A stretch of DNA of 64,000 nt from Candidatus Poribacteria bacterium (GCA_965222225.1 CBDCTK010000002.1:1-64000); one strand, 5' to 3'. Shown: positions 14,066 to 25,260, numbered from the stretch's first letter. A program made the numbers and translations. The notes: generated by a model from the sequence alone, not told the origin.

Positions 14066-17000
14066 CTACTTCAAAATGACCATGCGCCCCATTTGGCTAA
14101 AGGACGGTGTTGCCAATTGGTAGAAGTAGAGGCCGCTGGTAACCAACTCTCCGCTTTCGTTGCGACCATCCCAATAAACGGCCCTGCGGTGACTAGTGTA
14201 GTATCCCGCAGACTGATGACCCATCCCTAATCGGCGCACCAATGCGCCCTTAGCATCATAAATTGTCAACGTGACAATTGTCTCTTCTGCTAACTGATAA
14301 GGTATCCATGTTTCCGGGTTGAACGGGTTCGGGTAGTTCATCAACAATGCTGTCTCCGTTGGCATTTCGTAAGCAATCAATTCTGTCAACTCAATTCGGC
14401 TGTTCTTCACGTCGGTAGATGTCACGGTATGACGCAATGGCTCAACGCGAATCAACGGGTTAGGGGATTGCACGGAGATTTCGAGTATATCCCCCACTTG
14501 AGCCGCGCGCCCATTTGCAGCCTCAACTGCGGTCAGTTGATAGCTGAGCCTCTTGGATTGCAGAGCGTCTCCTTTGGTTGCGAGAGTTGTATGCGCTTTG
14601 CCGGTTATGAGGTTTTTCACGATTACACTCAATCCTGACCTCGCAAGAGATGTATTTCTTTTTCGACCTTCCGACTCGTAAACAATCGAACCGGCCAAGC
14701 ACAACACGGGGGAAGTATTTCGGACGTGAATACCAGTGAGTGCTAACGATGGCGCGGCTGCTGCTCCCGAAAAATCACCCCAGCCATCCCCGGAAACGGC
14801 AACCGTTGCCTCGAAATGCGCCGCCATGATAAACGACTGACCGCCGGTGACGGGAATGTCTCCATCATCATCGGCACGCGCAATAACCTTGAAGTTTCCG
14901 TTAACCGAAACCGTAATCGCGGGGACGTTGTCTCGAATTCCTTCAAGAGCCAACAGGTCACTTACGCGTGTGATTTGTGAATCTCGAAGCGGTACACCCA
15001 CATGGTTCGTTCCCGGCTGTAGCCTAATTGTACTAGTACCGTCTTCTCCGAGAGCGTCGCCAACCAGATTAAGTTCGACTGGCTCCTTCATGCTAGCGAT
15101 GATACCCTTATCATCGGTCAACAGTGGATCCGCCGTCGTGCCTCGGCTACTGTCTCCTAAGTAACTGTGCCATTGCCGAGTTCGAAAATCACGAGTTGTC
15201 AAGAGGTTGACCGTCTCCGCACCGCCGAGAGCATCGTAGAGGTCGCCGACGGATTCGATTATTGCTGCTACATCGTCAACCGCAGTCACCCTTAAGGGGA
15301 CGTGAATCAGACTGGTGCCTGATGGCACGGAGAGAATGAACTCTCGTCTTTTTACATCAACACTAAAGATTACCGTTGCGTCAACTCCTTCTGCAGAAGC
15401 CTCGACCGAGTGCGTTCCCGGACGCATTCCCAGCGTGAAGATACTTTCCGCTCTGCCGTTGGGCGCAGTTTCCGTGCTAGTAGCGCTGAGGGATCCATCT
15501 CCCGAGGTTACAACAAACGTGACAGGTACTCCTTCAAGTGGTAAACCGTTTTTATCCTGCACTTCAATTATGAACGGATGCGGGAGCCTCATGTTTGGTA
15601 TACCTTCTTGCGCATCATCTGAGATTTTCAAGATTGACTGCGGTGTTCGGACTCCTTCGGCACTGAAGATTTCTGACTGCTCAATGCCAGAAGCAGTCGC
15701 AGTTACCGTATTTGTTCCTGCGATTGGTCCCAACGTAAGTTCGCTCTTTGCCCGACCGTTTGAATCAGTCGTCGCGCTTGTGACAGTAAGTGTTCCTCCG
15801 CCGGCGATGACGGCAAAGGTTACCTGGACGTTTTGTAAAGGTTTATCGAACTGATCTTTGACTTCCACGACAAGCGGGCCTGAGAGTGTCTCACCCGGAA
15901 ATCCTTCTTGGTCATAGCCGGAGATTCTCGACAGTTCCCGAGGCACTCGAATGCCTTCTGCAGTAAAAATTTCCGGTTGTGCAATGGCTTCGGCAGTCAC
16001 GCGAACGGTGTTCGTCCCCGGATTTTCCCCCAACGCGAGTATGCTCTCCGCCCTGCCGTTGGAATCGGTGGTTGTACTGCGTTTAGCAAGCGTCCCTCCG
16101 CCAGCAGTTACGGCGAACGCCACCGGGACTCCTTCAAACACTGAACCGCTTTCATCCTTCACTTCAACGATAAACGGATCGGCTAGCGCTTTACCGGGCA
16201 AGCCTTCCTGGTCCTCACCCGAGATTGACTCGAGAGATTTTGGAGTGCGGTTATCGGCGTAAATTTCAACGCCTCTCTCCTGCAAGATTGGAATATGTAC
16301 GTGGATAGATGGGTAACTCAAGGGGTTTTTCCGAACATCAATCTCGGTTCCATCCCCCAACCCCTGATTCTTCACCAACGGCGACAGGTCTGAAACGCTG
16401 TTACCGGCAAGCCGCACCGCTTTCAGGTGCACCAATCCTGTTAGCGGAGAGATGTCCTTGATATTGTTGTCTTCAAGATAGACCAACTTCAAGTTGGCCA
16501 ATTCCGAAACGGGCGAGATGTTGGATATTGCGTTGTTCCCGAGCAAAAGCTGTTCCAGAGCGATTGATTCCGCTAATGGTGATATATCCGCGATTGAACT
16601 GTTGCCAAGGTCGAGCTGCGTCAGCATGGTAAGTTCCGCCAGGGCCGAAATGTCTGTCAGTGAATTGTCGTTTAGATCCAAGTGAGTAAAATTGATCGCG
16701 AACTCAAGTCCTGTCAAATCGCTGATTCCCAAACTCCATGACCCACGCTCGGTGTAGGTTAATGTCGCCATCTCAGCTTGAGATATCGGTTCTCCCGAGA
16801 CCTTGTGTAGAGTCTTCTCAATAACAGCGCGGAGGAGGGGGTCGGGGAGGTTGACGGGTGACCCCGCCACTGCATTGAAGGTTGCCGTATATCCCAATGC
16901 AGACACCTCAACTGTGTTTGTTCCTCGGTAGGGACCAAGCGTGAAAACTGTCCCTGCCCTACCAGAGTCATCCGTCAAAACCCCTGTTGCACTGAGGCGT

Positions 17001-18262
17001 CCACCACCTGCTATGACGGTAAATGAGACCCAGGCTCCGCCGAGGGGAGAACCGTCGTTTACATTTCTTAGTTCAACGACGAGAGGCATAGGCAAAGGTG
17101 CATTGGGCAATCCGGGAGGCTGGTTGTCGCCGGAAATCTTGGTCAGAGATTGAAGGGTCTCGGGAAATAGGTTGAAGGAGGTATCGCTCACATTCCCGTC
17201 CGTGTCGACCACTCGGGCACGGATCGGATGCACCGCATGGTTCGCAAGACTGGCAAATCCCCCGATGGTAAAAACGCCATCATAGTCGAATTCAACCACG
17301 GTGCGTTGTTCACCCGCGAATTCACGACACGCGCTTAGACTATCTTCGGAGGCTAACAGGAGCACTTGATGGAGCCCCTCTAAATCGCTAACTCTTAGCT
17401 GGATAGGGGCACTGGCGGAACCTATCGTATACTTACGCGGCGCGAGGAGTTCGATAGTCGGAAAATTCCACTCTCGGAGTTGGACATTGCGATTGAAATA
17501 GCGCTGAATCTCCAGCCATTTGGCTGCGCATCTGGACAACCTCGTGGTGCGTTCCCATTCCCATGGTCCGTATGACATAATGTGCTCATTGGAACGGAAA
17601 TCGTGATCCAATCCAAATGTGTGTCCGAGTTCGTGGGCAGCAAGAGGTTGGTTAAAATACGGGCCGGATGCAGGGATGGCTGCTATACCGCCCCAATTTC
17701 CAAACGGCCTTGCAATCCCCGCCGCGTCACCAATTTGCTCATTACCGACATCTACCACGGCGAGATAGATATTCTGTGAAGTATCAAATCGACTGTGGAT
17801 TTCGCGCCAGACTTTGAGAAAAGTTTCGTCGGCGTGATAATAAGTGTCGGAAAACTGGCCGTTAACGCGATGTACAACCGCCCTCCCATTGCGATCGGTT
17901 TCAATACTGAATGTTCTTCGTCCGTAGCCGTGGTTTTTCATCTGATCGGCGTAAAACTGACGGACATCTTTAATTAGCGCGTCCATTTTTTCTTCAATGC
18001 CTTGCCTTGGACTGCGGTTGAAGGGCAAAAAGTAAATTAACCGTACTGTACGGGGTGTCCCGACGTTCAGATGCGCCAAAAGTCTGGCATAGCGGCGGTT
18101 GTCCGCTTGTTGGTCACTAAACCCGCATTGATGGATTCCGTTATCCGTGGACGGCGGGAAAGAAGCAACCGCAGAGAAAACGTAGGTGAAATACACTGCC
18201 ATTGAGCACAGTGCTAGATAAGGAAATCGTGTTTTCATCGGTAAGTCTTGTCTTTTCCGCAT
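14066..18262 (-). CDS. Large secreted protein: zinc metalloprotease domain, Ig-like (Big/invasin) repeats, internalin-like LRRs and a T9SS-like C-terminal domain
   Basis: Signal-like N-terminus, HELGHTFGLDH..IMSY, LxLxxNxIxDISPL repeats, ISGxxQxG...TDSNGRA repeats, C-terminal NYPNPFNPETWIPYQL...SGLYFY. Confidence 0.9.
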   Translation of the reverse strand: MRKRQDLPMKTRFPYLALCSMAVYFTYVFSAVASFPPSTDNGIHQCGFSDQQADNRRYARLLAHLNVGTPRTVRLIYFLPFNRSPRQGIEEKMDALIKDVRQFYADQMKNHGYGRRTFSIETDRNGRAVVHRVNGQFSDTYYHADETFLKVWREIHSRFDTSQNIYLAVVDVGNEQIGDAAGIARPFGNWGGIAAIPASGPYFNQPLAAHELGHTFGLDHDFRSNEHIMSYGPWEWERTTRLSRCAAKWLEIQRYFNRNVQLREWNFPTIELLAPRKYTIGSASAPIQLRVSDLEGLHQVLLLASEDSLSACREFAGEQRTVVEFDYDGVFTIGGFASLANHAVHPIRARVVDTDGNVSDTSFNLFPETLQSLTKISGDNQPPGLPNAPLPMPLVVELRNVNDGSPLGGAWVSFTVIAGGGRLSATGVLTDDSGRAGTVFTLGPYRGTNTVEVSALGYTATFNAVAGSPVNLPDPLLRAVIEKTLHKVSGEPISQAEMATLTYTERGSWSLGISDLTGLEFAINFTHLDLNDNSLTDISALAELTMLTQLDLGNSSIADISPLAESIALEQLLLGNNAISNISPVSELANLKLVYLEDNNIKDISPLTGLVHLKAVRLAGNSVSDLSPLVKNQGLGDGTEIDVRKNPLSYPSIHVHIPILQERGVEIYADNRTPKSLESISGEDQEGLPGKALADPFIVEVKDESGSVFEGVPVAFAVTAGGGTLAKRSTTTDSNGRAESILALGENPGTNTVRVTAEAIAQPEIFTAEGIRVPRELSRISGYDQEGFPGETLSGPLVVEVKDQFDKPLQNVQVTFAVIAGGGTLTVTSATTDSNGRAKSELTLGPIAGTNTVTATASGIEQSEIFSAEGVRTPQSILKISDDAQEGIPNMRLPHPFIIEVQDKNGLPLEGVPVTFVVTSGDGSLSATSTETAPNGRAESIFTLGMRPGTHSVEASAEGVDATVIFSVDVKRREFILSVPSGTSLIHVPLRVTAVDDVAAIIESVGDLYDALGGAETVNLLTTRDFRTRQWHSYLGDSSRGTTADPLLTDDKGIIASMKEPVELNLVGDALGEDGTSTIRLQPGTNHVGVPLRDSQITRVSDLLALEGIRDNVPAITVSVNGNFKVIARADDDGDIPVTGGQSFIMAAHFEATVAVSGDGWGDFSGAAAAPSLALTGIHVRNTSPVLCLAGSIVYESEGRKRNTSLARSGLSVIVKNLITGKAHTTLATKGDALQSKRLSYQLTAVEAANGRAAQVGDILEISVQSPNPLIRVEPLRHTVTSTDVKNSRIELTELIAYEMPTETALLMNYPNPFNPETWIPYQLAEETIVTLTIYDAKGALVRRLGMGHQSAGYYTSHRRAVYWDGRNESGELVTSGLYFYQLATPSFSQMGRMVILK

Positions 18263-18310
18263 TTGGGACAGGACGGAGGCTGTGCCTTGATTGTGAGGCG
18301 CATTACCCTC

Positions 18311-19310
18311 TTATGTCGTCGGGAAGAAATGAACGTCGCGCTGAGGATACGCGACCACAATTCCGTGCTCTCGGAACTTTTTCCGAATCATAAAATGCAA
18401 ATCGCTTATTATCTCAAAGCGGTTCATCACGTCGGGTATCCACGCCAATAATTCAAAGTCGATTGATGAATCGCCAAACCGTATAAAACGTACAAAAGGC
18501 GCTTGGACTTCCAGCGTTTCAACATTTAGATTTTTGAGTAGTTCCGGGTGAGAATGGGCGACTTCTAGCGATACTTTTTTCACCAGATCTTCGTTGGATT
18601 GGTACGATGCGCCTACGGGCACTTTTATCCGTGTTCTCTTGTTACTATGTGTCATATTGGTGACTGCCTCGGATATGAACTTGGAATTGGGTTCGATGAT
18701 GTCAATATCTTCGGGCGTCGTAACTACCGTTGTGCGCAAATTGATTGCCGTAACTGTGCCAAATGTGTCGCCGACACTTACTCTATCCCCGATTTTAATG
18801 GGGCGTTCAAAAATGAGAATGACACCTGAAGCAAGATTCGACGCGATATTCTGCAAGCCAAAACCGATCTCAATTGAAAGTCCGCCGAGCGCAACTAAAA
18901 TTCCTGACACATCAATACGGTTTTCCCAAGCATCGCCGGGTTCGTGAAAATGCGGGTCGGGCCAACACCCGTTATGCGTTTGACTGGTATTTATTAGGGT
19001 GTTTTCCTTGGGAATTCCGGTGGCTTTGTTAATTGCATCCAAATAGAAGACCCATATACGGTTGATGAAAGATTAGGAAATCTGCCGTAACGATTGCGAG
19101 TTGTCGCCTTCCATCGGCTAGCACCAACGCCCGGACGTACAAGCCATCGTATGCTTCCTCGCCTTGTATGACGGGCGTTACGAGTACCTCGGCAGCACCA
19201 CCGGAAAGACCATTCCTTGCATTGGCTTCCGTGATGTGTCTCCTTCAAAGGGTAATGTTCGCAGTTTTAGGGATGCCTCCTCCAATTTCCTGCCGTTCCA
19301 CTCTAATCCA
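18311..19310 (-). pseudogene. Chimeric remnant: neutral-ceramidase-like hydrolase N-terminal fragment joined to the C-terminal part of an MscS mechanosensitive channel
   Basis: ...AYDGLYVRALVLADGRRQLAIVTAD / AINKATGIPKENTLINTSQTHNG, then IGFGLQNIASNLASGVILIFERPIKIGD...AYPQRDVH. Confidence 0.6.
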
Positions 19311-19442
19311 TAACTGAAACATTATCCTCTTCTTTTGCGTTAGTTCTAACTAGATGAGCCACAGAAAAATCTATTTAGAACGTCGATTCATTTTAGCACG
19401 GCATGACGCCTCCGATCAACGAAAAAGGCGGAAGAAATTCAC

Positions 19443-19471
19443 TTGGTTTTCATCAATTGATGTGTTATAAT
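19443..19471 (+). promoter_or_regulatory. sodA promoter with a palindromic candidate operator
   Basis: TTGGTT-N17-TATAAT (TG extended); CATCAATTGATG palindrome at 19451-19462. Confidence 0.6.
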
Positions 19472-19573
19472 GTAAACTCAAAGAATTAACTTCATTTCGG
19501 ATTTCTGTATCTCAATTGAATCTGTTGCACGTCCCAAAATTTAGATTTAGTTTTCTAAGGAGGCGAAATCGCT

Positions 19574-20188
19574 ATGGCACATCAATTGCCCGAGTTGCCT
19601 TATGCACATAACGCATTAGAACCTCATATTGACACTCAGACCATGCAAATTCACCACGGTAAACATCATCAAGCTTATATTGACAAACTCAATGCTGCAC
19701 TTGAAGGGCTCGACGACCTCGCCGCGCTATCCGTTGAGGATCTGCTTCGCAACATTGACGACGTTCCGGAAGCGCAACGACAAGCTGTTATCAACAACGG
19801 TGGAGGCCATGCCAATCATTGCTTGTTCTGGACTGTCATGAGTCCGGACGGAGGAGGCGACCCATCAAGCGAAGTTATGAGCGCAATCGAGTCTTCTTTT
19901 GGATCCGGAGACGCGGCGCGCGACAAATTTGTGGCTGCCGCTACAACCCGATTCGGATCCGGTTGGGCATGGGTTGTTGTTGATGAGACCGGGGGTTTGC
20001 AGATTTACTCTACAGCAAACCAAGATAGCCCGGTCATGCAAGGTCATACCCCCATACTCGGTCTTGATGTTTGGGAGCATGCCTACTATCTGAACTATCA
20101 AAACAGACGCCCGGATTATATTGAAGCTTGGGATAATGTTATAAATTGGGATGAAGTCGCGAGGCGCTATGCCGCCGCGATAGGCTAG
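19574..20188 (+). CDS. sodA: Superoxide dismutase (Mn-type)
   Basis: [38 protein letters not shown]. Confidence 0.95.
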   Translation: MAHQLPELPYAHNALEPHIDTQTMQIHHGKHHQAYIDKLNAALEGLDDLAALSVEDLLRNIDDVPEAQRQAVINNGGGHANHCLFWTVMSPDGGGDPSSEVMSAIESSFGSGDAARDKFVAAATTRFGSGWAWVVVDETGGLQIYSTANQDSPVMQGHTPILGLDVWEHAYYLNYQNRRPDYIEAWDNVINWDEVARRYAAAIG

Positions 20189-20301
20189 CCTTAGCACCAA
20201 TTCCTGCAGATTCCAGTGTGTTCGCGTCATGAACTTGGAACCTGTTAGATTGTTGGTGGGCTTTAATCTAAAAATTAAAAACCTTAAAAACCTTATGAAA
20301 A

Positions 20302-20576
20302 GCAATGAAGGGGAGGAGTAAGTCCCCCAAGTCTTGACAGAGAGGGAGATTCAATGGCTGAGAAATCTCCTCAAATGGCTTTGACTGAATGTCGCCCCGG
20401 AGCTGCTTGCCTGAAAGTTAAACAAAGTAGGGTTAGCCGGTTGATGCTCGTTATTGCATCCCAATGAGTGCCCTTGCATAGTATTGAAAAGGGAATTGGA
20501 GTGGTACCGCGGTAAGGTCTTTGTCAAAAAGCCCTGCTCGTCTCCAAATTCGGAACGGGAAGGGCTTTTTTGTTTT
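20302..20576 (+). ncRNA. T-box riboswitch, probable Val (GUC) specifier
   Basis: GA motif, AGTA box, CAGAGAG, GGCTGAGA, specifier GAAT-GTC-G (20391-20393), T-box GAATTGGAGTGGTACCGCG, antiterminator CGTCTC, terminator AAGCCCT...AGGGCTTTTTT. Confidence 0.88.
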
Positions 20577-20653
20577 GTCGGTAGTTTGCCACAGCGCTTC
20601 GTCGCAGCGGGCGGTCTGGCAGAACACTGATTCTTGTGGAGGTGAGAAAGATT

Positions 20654-22333
20654 ATGGCGACAACGTCAGGTGCCAATATTCTTATTGAGAGCCTAAAACG
20701 CGCAGGCGTTGAGTATATTTTCGGGGTGAACGGCGGCGCAGCGATGCCGATCTTTGACGCACTCTATGATGCAGAAGGCATTGCGCTGATAACGATGCGC
20801 CATGAACAAGGCGCTGCTCATGCTGCTGACGGTTATGCGAGAGCAACAGGTAAAGTGGGAGTGACACTCGCCACATCAGGGCCTGGCGCAACAAACCTCG
20901 TCACCGGCATTGCGACAGCTTTCATGGATTCCATTCCAATGGTGGCTATTACCGGTCAGGTTTTCACCCATCTTATCGGCAACGACGCTTTCCAAGAATC
21001 GGATGTTATCGGTGTCACTCGGCCAGTTTGCAAACATAGCTATCTAATCAAGCGTAGCGACGAGGTGGCGGATGTTGTCGCGAGCGCCATGCACATCGCT
21101 AGCACCGGACGTCCGGGGCCCGTGGTTATCGACTTCGCCAAAGATGCACAGATTCACGAATCGCTCTTCCATTACCCTGAACAGATCAATATCCGTAGTT
21201 ACAAGCCTAAAATTGACGGGCATCCACGCCAAATCGCCAAGGCCGTGGAACTAATTCATAGTGCGGAACGACCGATGCTTTATGCAGGGGGCGGCGTTGT
21301 TCTCTCAAATGCTTCAGAGGAATTGCGCGAATTGGCGATAAAAACAGGCATTCCAGTCACCGTGACGCTCATGGGGCTCGGAGCCTTTCCGGAAACACAT
21401 CCTCTGTCGATGCAGATGCCCGGCATGCACGGTTCCTGCTGCGCGAACTATGCGTTTACAGATTCCGATCTGATAATCGCTGTCGGGGCGCGGTTTGATG
21501 ATCGGGTGACAGGAAATCTAGACAAATTCGCTCCGAACGCAAAAAAAATCCATATTGATATCGACGCCTCATGTATCAGCAAGAACGTGCCGGTCGATGT
21601 GCCAATTGTCGGTGATGCAAAGCGCGTACTGGCGGAGATGAACAAGCAACTTCATCACGTAGAGATTGAACCTTGGATGCGGCAGATTGACGAGTGGAAG
21701 GAAAAATACCCATTTGAATATCAACAAAAAGGCGACAAAGTCATGCCGCAGTATGTCATTGAGCAAATTTACGATATTTATCCAGATGCAACAATCGTTG
21801 CGGATGTCGGACAACATCAAATGTGGGCAGCACAGTATTTCAAGTACACCGAGCCACGCCAATTTATAAACTCAGGCGGATTAGGTACAATGGGGTTCAG
21901 TTTGCCTGCCGCAATCGGAGCGCAGTTCGGCTGCCCGGACAAGACGGTTGTCAACATCAACGGCGATGGTTCATACATCATGACGATTCAGGAGCTTATC
22001 CCCGCGATTACGTATAAATTGCCACTTAAAATTTTCATCATCAATAACATGTACCTCGGCATGGTGCGTCAGTGGCAGGAGTTGTTCCACAATAAACGCT
22101 ACGCCGCCGTTGATTATCACGACAACCCCGACTTTGCGCTCGTGGCTCAGGCGTTCGGCGCAACTGGTTTGCGAGTCGAACGCGTTGAGGATGTTCGTCC
22201 GGCATTGGAAAAGGCGAAAGGCGTAGATGATGGGCCGGTTGTCATTGACTTTATTGTTGATGAGGAAGAGAATGTGTTCCCGATGGTCCCCGCAGGCGAA
22301 GGGCTCGGTGACGTGATACGAGGGTTAGCGTAA
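20654..22333 (+). CDS. ilvB: Acetolactate synthase large subunit
   Basis: RHEQGAAHAADGYAR, TSGPGATN, GDGS..N TPP motif, MVRQWQ. Confidence 0.97.
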   Translation: MATTSGANILIESLKRAGVEYIFGVNGGAAMPIFDALYDAEGIALITMRHEQGAAHAADGYARATGKVGVTLATSGPGATNLVTGIATAFMDSIPMVAITGQVFTHLIGNDAFQESDVIGVTRPVCKHSYLIKRSDEVADVVASAMHIASTGRPGPVVIDFAKDAQIHESLFHYPEQINIRSYKPKIDGHPRQIAKAVELIHSAERPMLYAGGGVVLSNASEELRELAIKTGIPVTVTLMGLGAFPETHPLSMQMPGMHGSCCANYAFTDSDLIIAVGARFDDRVTGNLDKFAPNAKKIHIDIDASCISKNVPVDVPIVGDAKRVLAEMNKQLHHVEIEPWMRQIDEWKEKYPFEYQQKGDKVMPQYVIEQIYDIYPDATIVADVGQHQMWAAQYFKYTEPRQFINSGGLGTMGFSLPAAIGAQFGCPDKTVVNINGDGSYIMTIQELIPAITYKLPLKIFIINNMYLGMVRQWQELFHNKRYAAVDYHDNPDFALVAQAFGATGLRVERVEDVRPALEKAKGVDDGPVVIDFIVDEEENVFPMVPAGEGLGDVIRGLA

Positions 22334-22824
22334 TGGCTGAGGAGAGACATATCTTTTCCGTGTTTGTCGAAAATCGATTCGGCGTTCTTGCACGAGTGTC
22401 GGGCTTATTCAGCGGGCGCGGCTATAACATCGACAGTTTGAATGTCGGCGAAACGGATGATCCGCAGATTTCGCACATGACAATCGTCACTCATGGAGAT
22501 GCGCAGATAATTGAGCAGATCTACAAACACCTGAATAAACTCATTGACGTTATCAAGGTGACGGATCTCACGACCGAAAACCATGTCGAACGCGAATTGG
22601 TGTTAATCAAGGTGCATGCGGAGCCGCAAAAGCGCGGGGAGATTCTTCAGATTGTAGAAATCTTCCGCGGGCGCACCGTAGATGTTAGTCCGACAACGTT
22701 GACGATTGAAGTCACAGGGGATGATGGAAAACTCAAAGCCGCAATCGATATGCTCCGTCCCTACGGCATACGTGACTTGGTGCGCACCGGCAAAATTGCG
22801 ATGATGCGTGGGGGCGTAAGGTAA
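22333..22824 (+). CDS. ilvN: Acetolactate synthase small subunit
   Basis: ACT domain GVLARVSGLFSGRGYNIDSL. Confidence 0.95.
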   Translation: MAEERHIFSVFVENRFGVLARVSGLFSGRGYNIDSLNVGETDDPQISHMTIVTHGDAQIIEQIYKHLNKLIDVIKVTDLTTENHVERELVLIKVHAEPQKRGEILQIVEIFRGRTVDVSPTTLTIEVTGDDGKLKAAIDMLRPYGIRDLVRTGKIAMMRGGVR

Positions 22825-22863
22825 TAATTAAGGGCAACCTACGGGCGATTAAGGAGGAATTTA

Positions 22864-23856
22864 ATGGCAACTATTTACTACGATAGCGATGCAAATTTCG
22901 ATTTATTGAAAGAGCGAACTGTTGCGGTTATCGGTTACGGCGCGCAGGGACGCGCCCAAGCATTGAATCTCAACGATAGCGGGGCTACCGTCGTCGTTGG
23001 GCTACGTTCCAACAGCGCATCAAGACAAGAGGCGGAAGCCGCGGGATTGACCGTCAAAACTGTCGAAGAAGCGGCTGCTATGGCTGATGTTGTACAAATC
23101 CTCATCCCGGACGAACAACACGGCGCGGTCTATAGGAATCAGATTGAACCGAATCTAGAGACGGGCAACCTGGTGATGGTTTCACACGGTTTCAGCATTC
23201 ATTTTGGGCAGATTGTCGCGTCAAGTGATGTTGATGTGACGATGATTGCTCCCAAAGCACCGGGCGATCTTGTCAGAGATGTGTTCGTGGAAGGCGGTGG
23301 CACCCCGTGTCTAATCGCTATTCATCAAGACACAACCGGGCATGCAAGAGATCTCGCTTTGGCTTATGCAAAGGGCATTGGGGGCACTCGTGCCGGCGTC
23401 ATCGAAACCACGTTCCGCGAAGAAACGGAAACAGACCTATTTGGCGAACAGGCTGTCCTCTGTGGTGGAACATCAGCCCTCATCAAAGCCTCGTTCGACA
23501 CACTCGTTGAAGCCGGATATCAGCCTGAGATGGCGTATTTCGAGTGTATGCACGAGCTGAAGTTGATTGTCGATCTTATCTACACTGGCGGTCTTACCAA
23601 GATGCGCCGCGTTGTTAGCAACACAGCAGAATTCGGAGATCTCACGCGTGGTCCACGGATTGTTAATGACAGTGTCCGTGACCGAATGCGTGAAATCCTT
23701 AAAGAGGTGCAGAGCGGCGAATTCGCACGAGAATGGATACAGGAAAACCAAGCCAATCAACCTGTGCTGCAAGCACTTCGCCGCGGGGAAGAGGAGTTGG
23801 AAATCGAAAAAGTTGGCAAGGGATTGCGAAACATGATGAGTTGGCTGAACGAATAG
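22864..23856 (+). CDS. ilvC: Ketol-acid reductoisomerase
   Basis: [28 protein letters not shown]. Confidence 0.97.
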   Translation: MATIYYDSDANFDLLKERTVAVIGYGAQGRAQALNLNDSGATVVVGLRSNSASRQEAEAAGLTVKTVEEAAAMADVVQILIPDEQHGAVYRNQIEPNLETGNLVMVSHGFSIHFGQIVASSDVDVTMIAPKAPGDLVRDVFVEGGGTPCLIAIHQDTTGHARDLALAYAKGIGGTRAGVIETTFREETETDLFGEQAVLCGGTSALIKASFDTLVEAGYQPEMAYFECMHELKLIVDLIYTGGLTKMRRVVSNTAEFGDLTRGPRIVNDSVRDRMREILKEVQSGEFAREWIQENQANQPVLQALRRGEEELEIEKVGKGLRNMMSWLNE

Positions 23857-23878
23857 CCCGACAATCATAATTTGTCTG

Positions 23879-23927
23879 AAAGCCGCCACTGTGTGTCGAT
23901 GATTTTACCGGGGCGGCTTTTTGCTTT
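23879..23927 (+). terminator. Probable intrinsic terminator after ilvC
   Basis: AAAGCCGCC...GGCGGCTTTTT with a long loop. Confidence 0.6.
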
Positions 23928-24009
23928 TCAATCTGCGTTAACCAGATGTCTTCGAATCTTCCGACTGGATGAACAATTAGGATTGTAGCAGCCTATTGCC
24001 AAGGGATTT

Positions 24010-24966
24010 ATGGTAGCTGAAAAAGAGGTAGCAATCAATGCGGTCTTGAAGGCTGCGCAACTATGTCAGGAGGTACAATCTGACATGGCGCAGACAGATG
24101 TAATCGAGAAAGCCGATCGCAGCCCGGTAACTGTAGCCGACTTCGGTTCACAGGCTCTCATTTGTGGTGCACTCGGCGATGCTTATCCAAAAGACTGCAT
24201 TGTCGCCGAGGAGGATTCTGAGGCACTAAGGGAAAATTCGCGGCTGAGGTCAAGAGTTACCGATTACGTCAATCGGTTTGCGGAAGGCTCACCCGATCGG
24301 GTCTGTGAGTGGATTGATCGAGGGAAAGGTGAAGTCAACAGCCGCTTTTGGACGCTCGATCCCATTGATGGAACGAAAGGTTTCCTACGACGAAATCAAT
24401 ATGCCATTGCACTCGCATTGATTGTGCATGGCGAAGCGAAATTTGGTTTGATTGCCTGCCCAAGTCTTCCGCAGTCATGGGATGTCCCTGCTAGCGATCA
24501 AGGTTGCCTTTTGGTCGCTGCTCGAGGTGAGGGTGCGTACATGTATGCGTTGGATGGACGGCTGTTGAAGCAGATTCGAGTTGCCGAAACTCCGCTCCGT
24601 TTTGCCGAGAGTTTTGAGATCTCACACGGCGATCACGGCGCGCACGTCAGAATAACCCAAGAACTCGGTATTACCGCATCACCAATACAGATCGATAGCC
24701 AAGCGAAATACGGATTGGTTGCACGAGGGGAGGCGTCAGTCTACATGCGTCTTCCGAATCCACGGACGCCACACTACCGAGAGTGTATTTGGGATCATGC
24801 CGCCGGGATAATTGTGGTGGAGGAAGCGGGAGGAAGTGTAACAGACACGCACGGTCAATCCCTAAATCTCTTGCAAGGCAGACGGATGACGTCCAATCGC
24901 GGAATTGTGGCGACGAACGGAACACTCCACGACCATGTGCTAGAGATTATCCGTGCCGTCAAGTAA
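24010..24966 (+). CDS. 3'(2'),5'-bisphosphate nucleotidase, HAL2/SAL-type inositol monophosphatase family
   Basis: SPVTVADF, WTLDPIDGTKGF, IDSQAKY, WDHAAG. Confidence 0.9.
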   Translation: MVAEKEVAINAVLKAAQLCQEVQSDMAQTDVIEKADRSPVTVADFGSQALICGALGDAYPKDCIVAEEDSEALRENSRLRSRVTDYVNRFAEGSPDRVCEWIDRGKGEVNSRFWTLDPIDGTKGFLRRNQYAIALALIVHGEAKFGLIACPSLPQSWDVPASDQGCLLVAARGEGAYMYALDGRLLKQIRVAETPLRFAESFEISHGDHGAHVRITQELGITASPIQIDSQAKYGLVARGEASVYMRLPNPRTPHYRECIWDHAAGIIVVEEAGGSVTDTHGQSLNLLQGRRMTSNRGIVATNGTLHDHVLEIIRAVK

Positions 24967-25043
24967 TGATGCACTGCTGTCCTTAACCACACAATAGGAT
25001 TTTTATCTGTTTTAGGACTTGCGAAATCAGGAAATTTGAGGAC

Positions 25044-25127
25044 GCAGAGGAGTAATACGTATGTAGGGATTGCAGAGGAGTAATACGTATGTAGGGATTG
25101 CAGAGGAGTAATACGTATGTAGGGATT
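25044..25127 (+). repeat. Perfect 28-bp tandem repeat x3
   Basis: GCAGAGGAGTAATACGTATGTAGGGATT x3; the last copy opens a GTAGGGA...TCCCTAC hairpin. Confidence 0.95.
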
Positions 25128-25260
25128 AACGACTGTTGTTCCCTACAGGGGCCCTGCAACTGAGATTATCGTAGATAATCACCTTTTTTGATTTGAGTGT
25201 AAATCCTGTTTCTGTTTGCGGAACTATCCGAACATAAGAATATCCGGAGTTTCACAGTTC

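Noticed and set aside
25044-25127. Possible CRISPR array (also 29233-29300)
   Set aside because: The repeats are head-to-tail with no spacers and no cas genes
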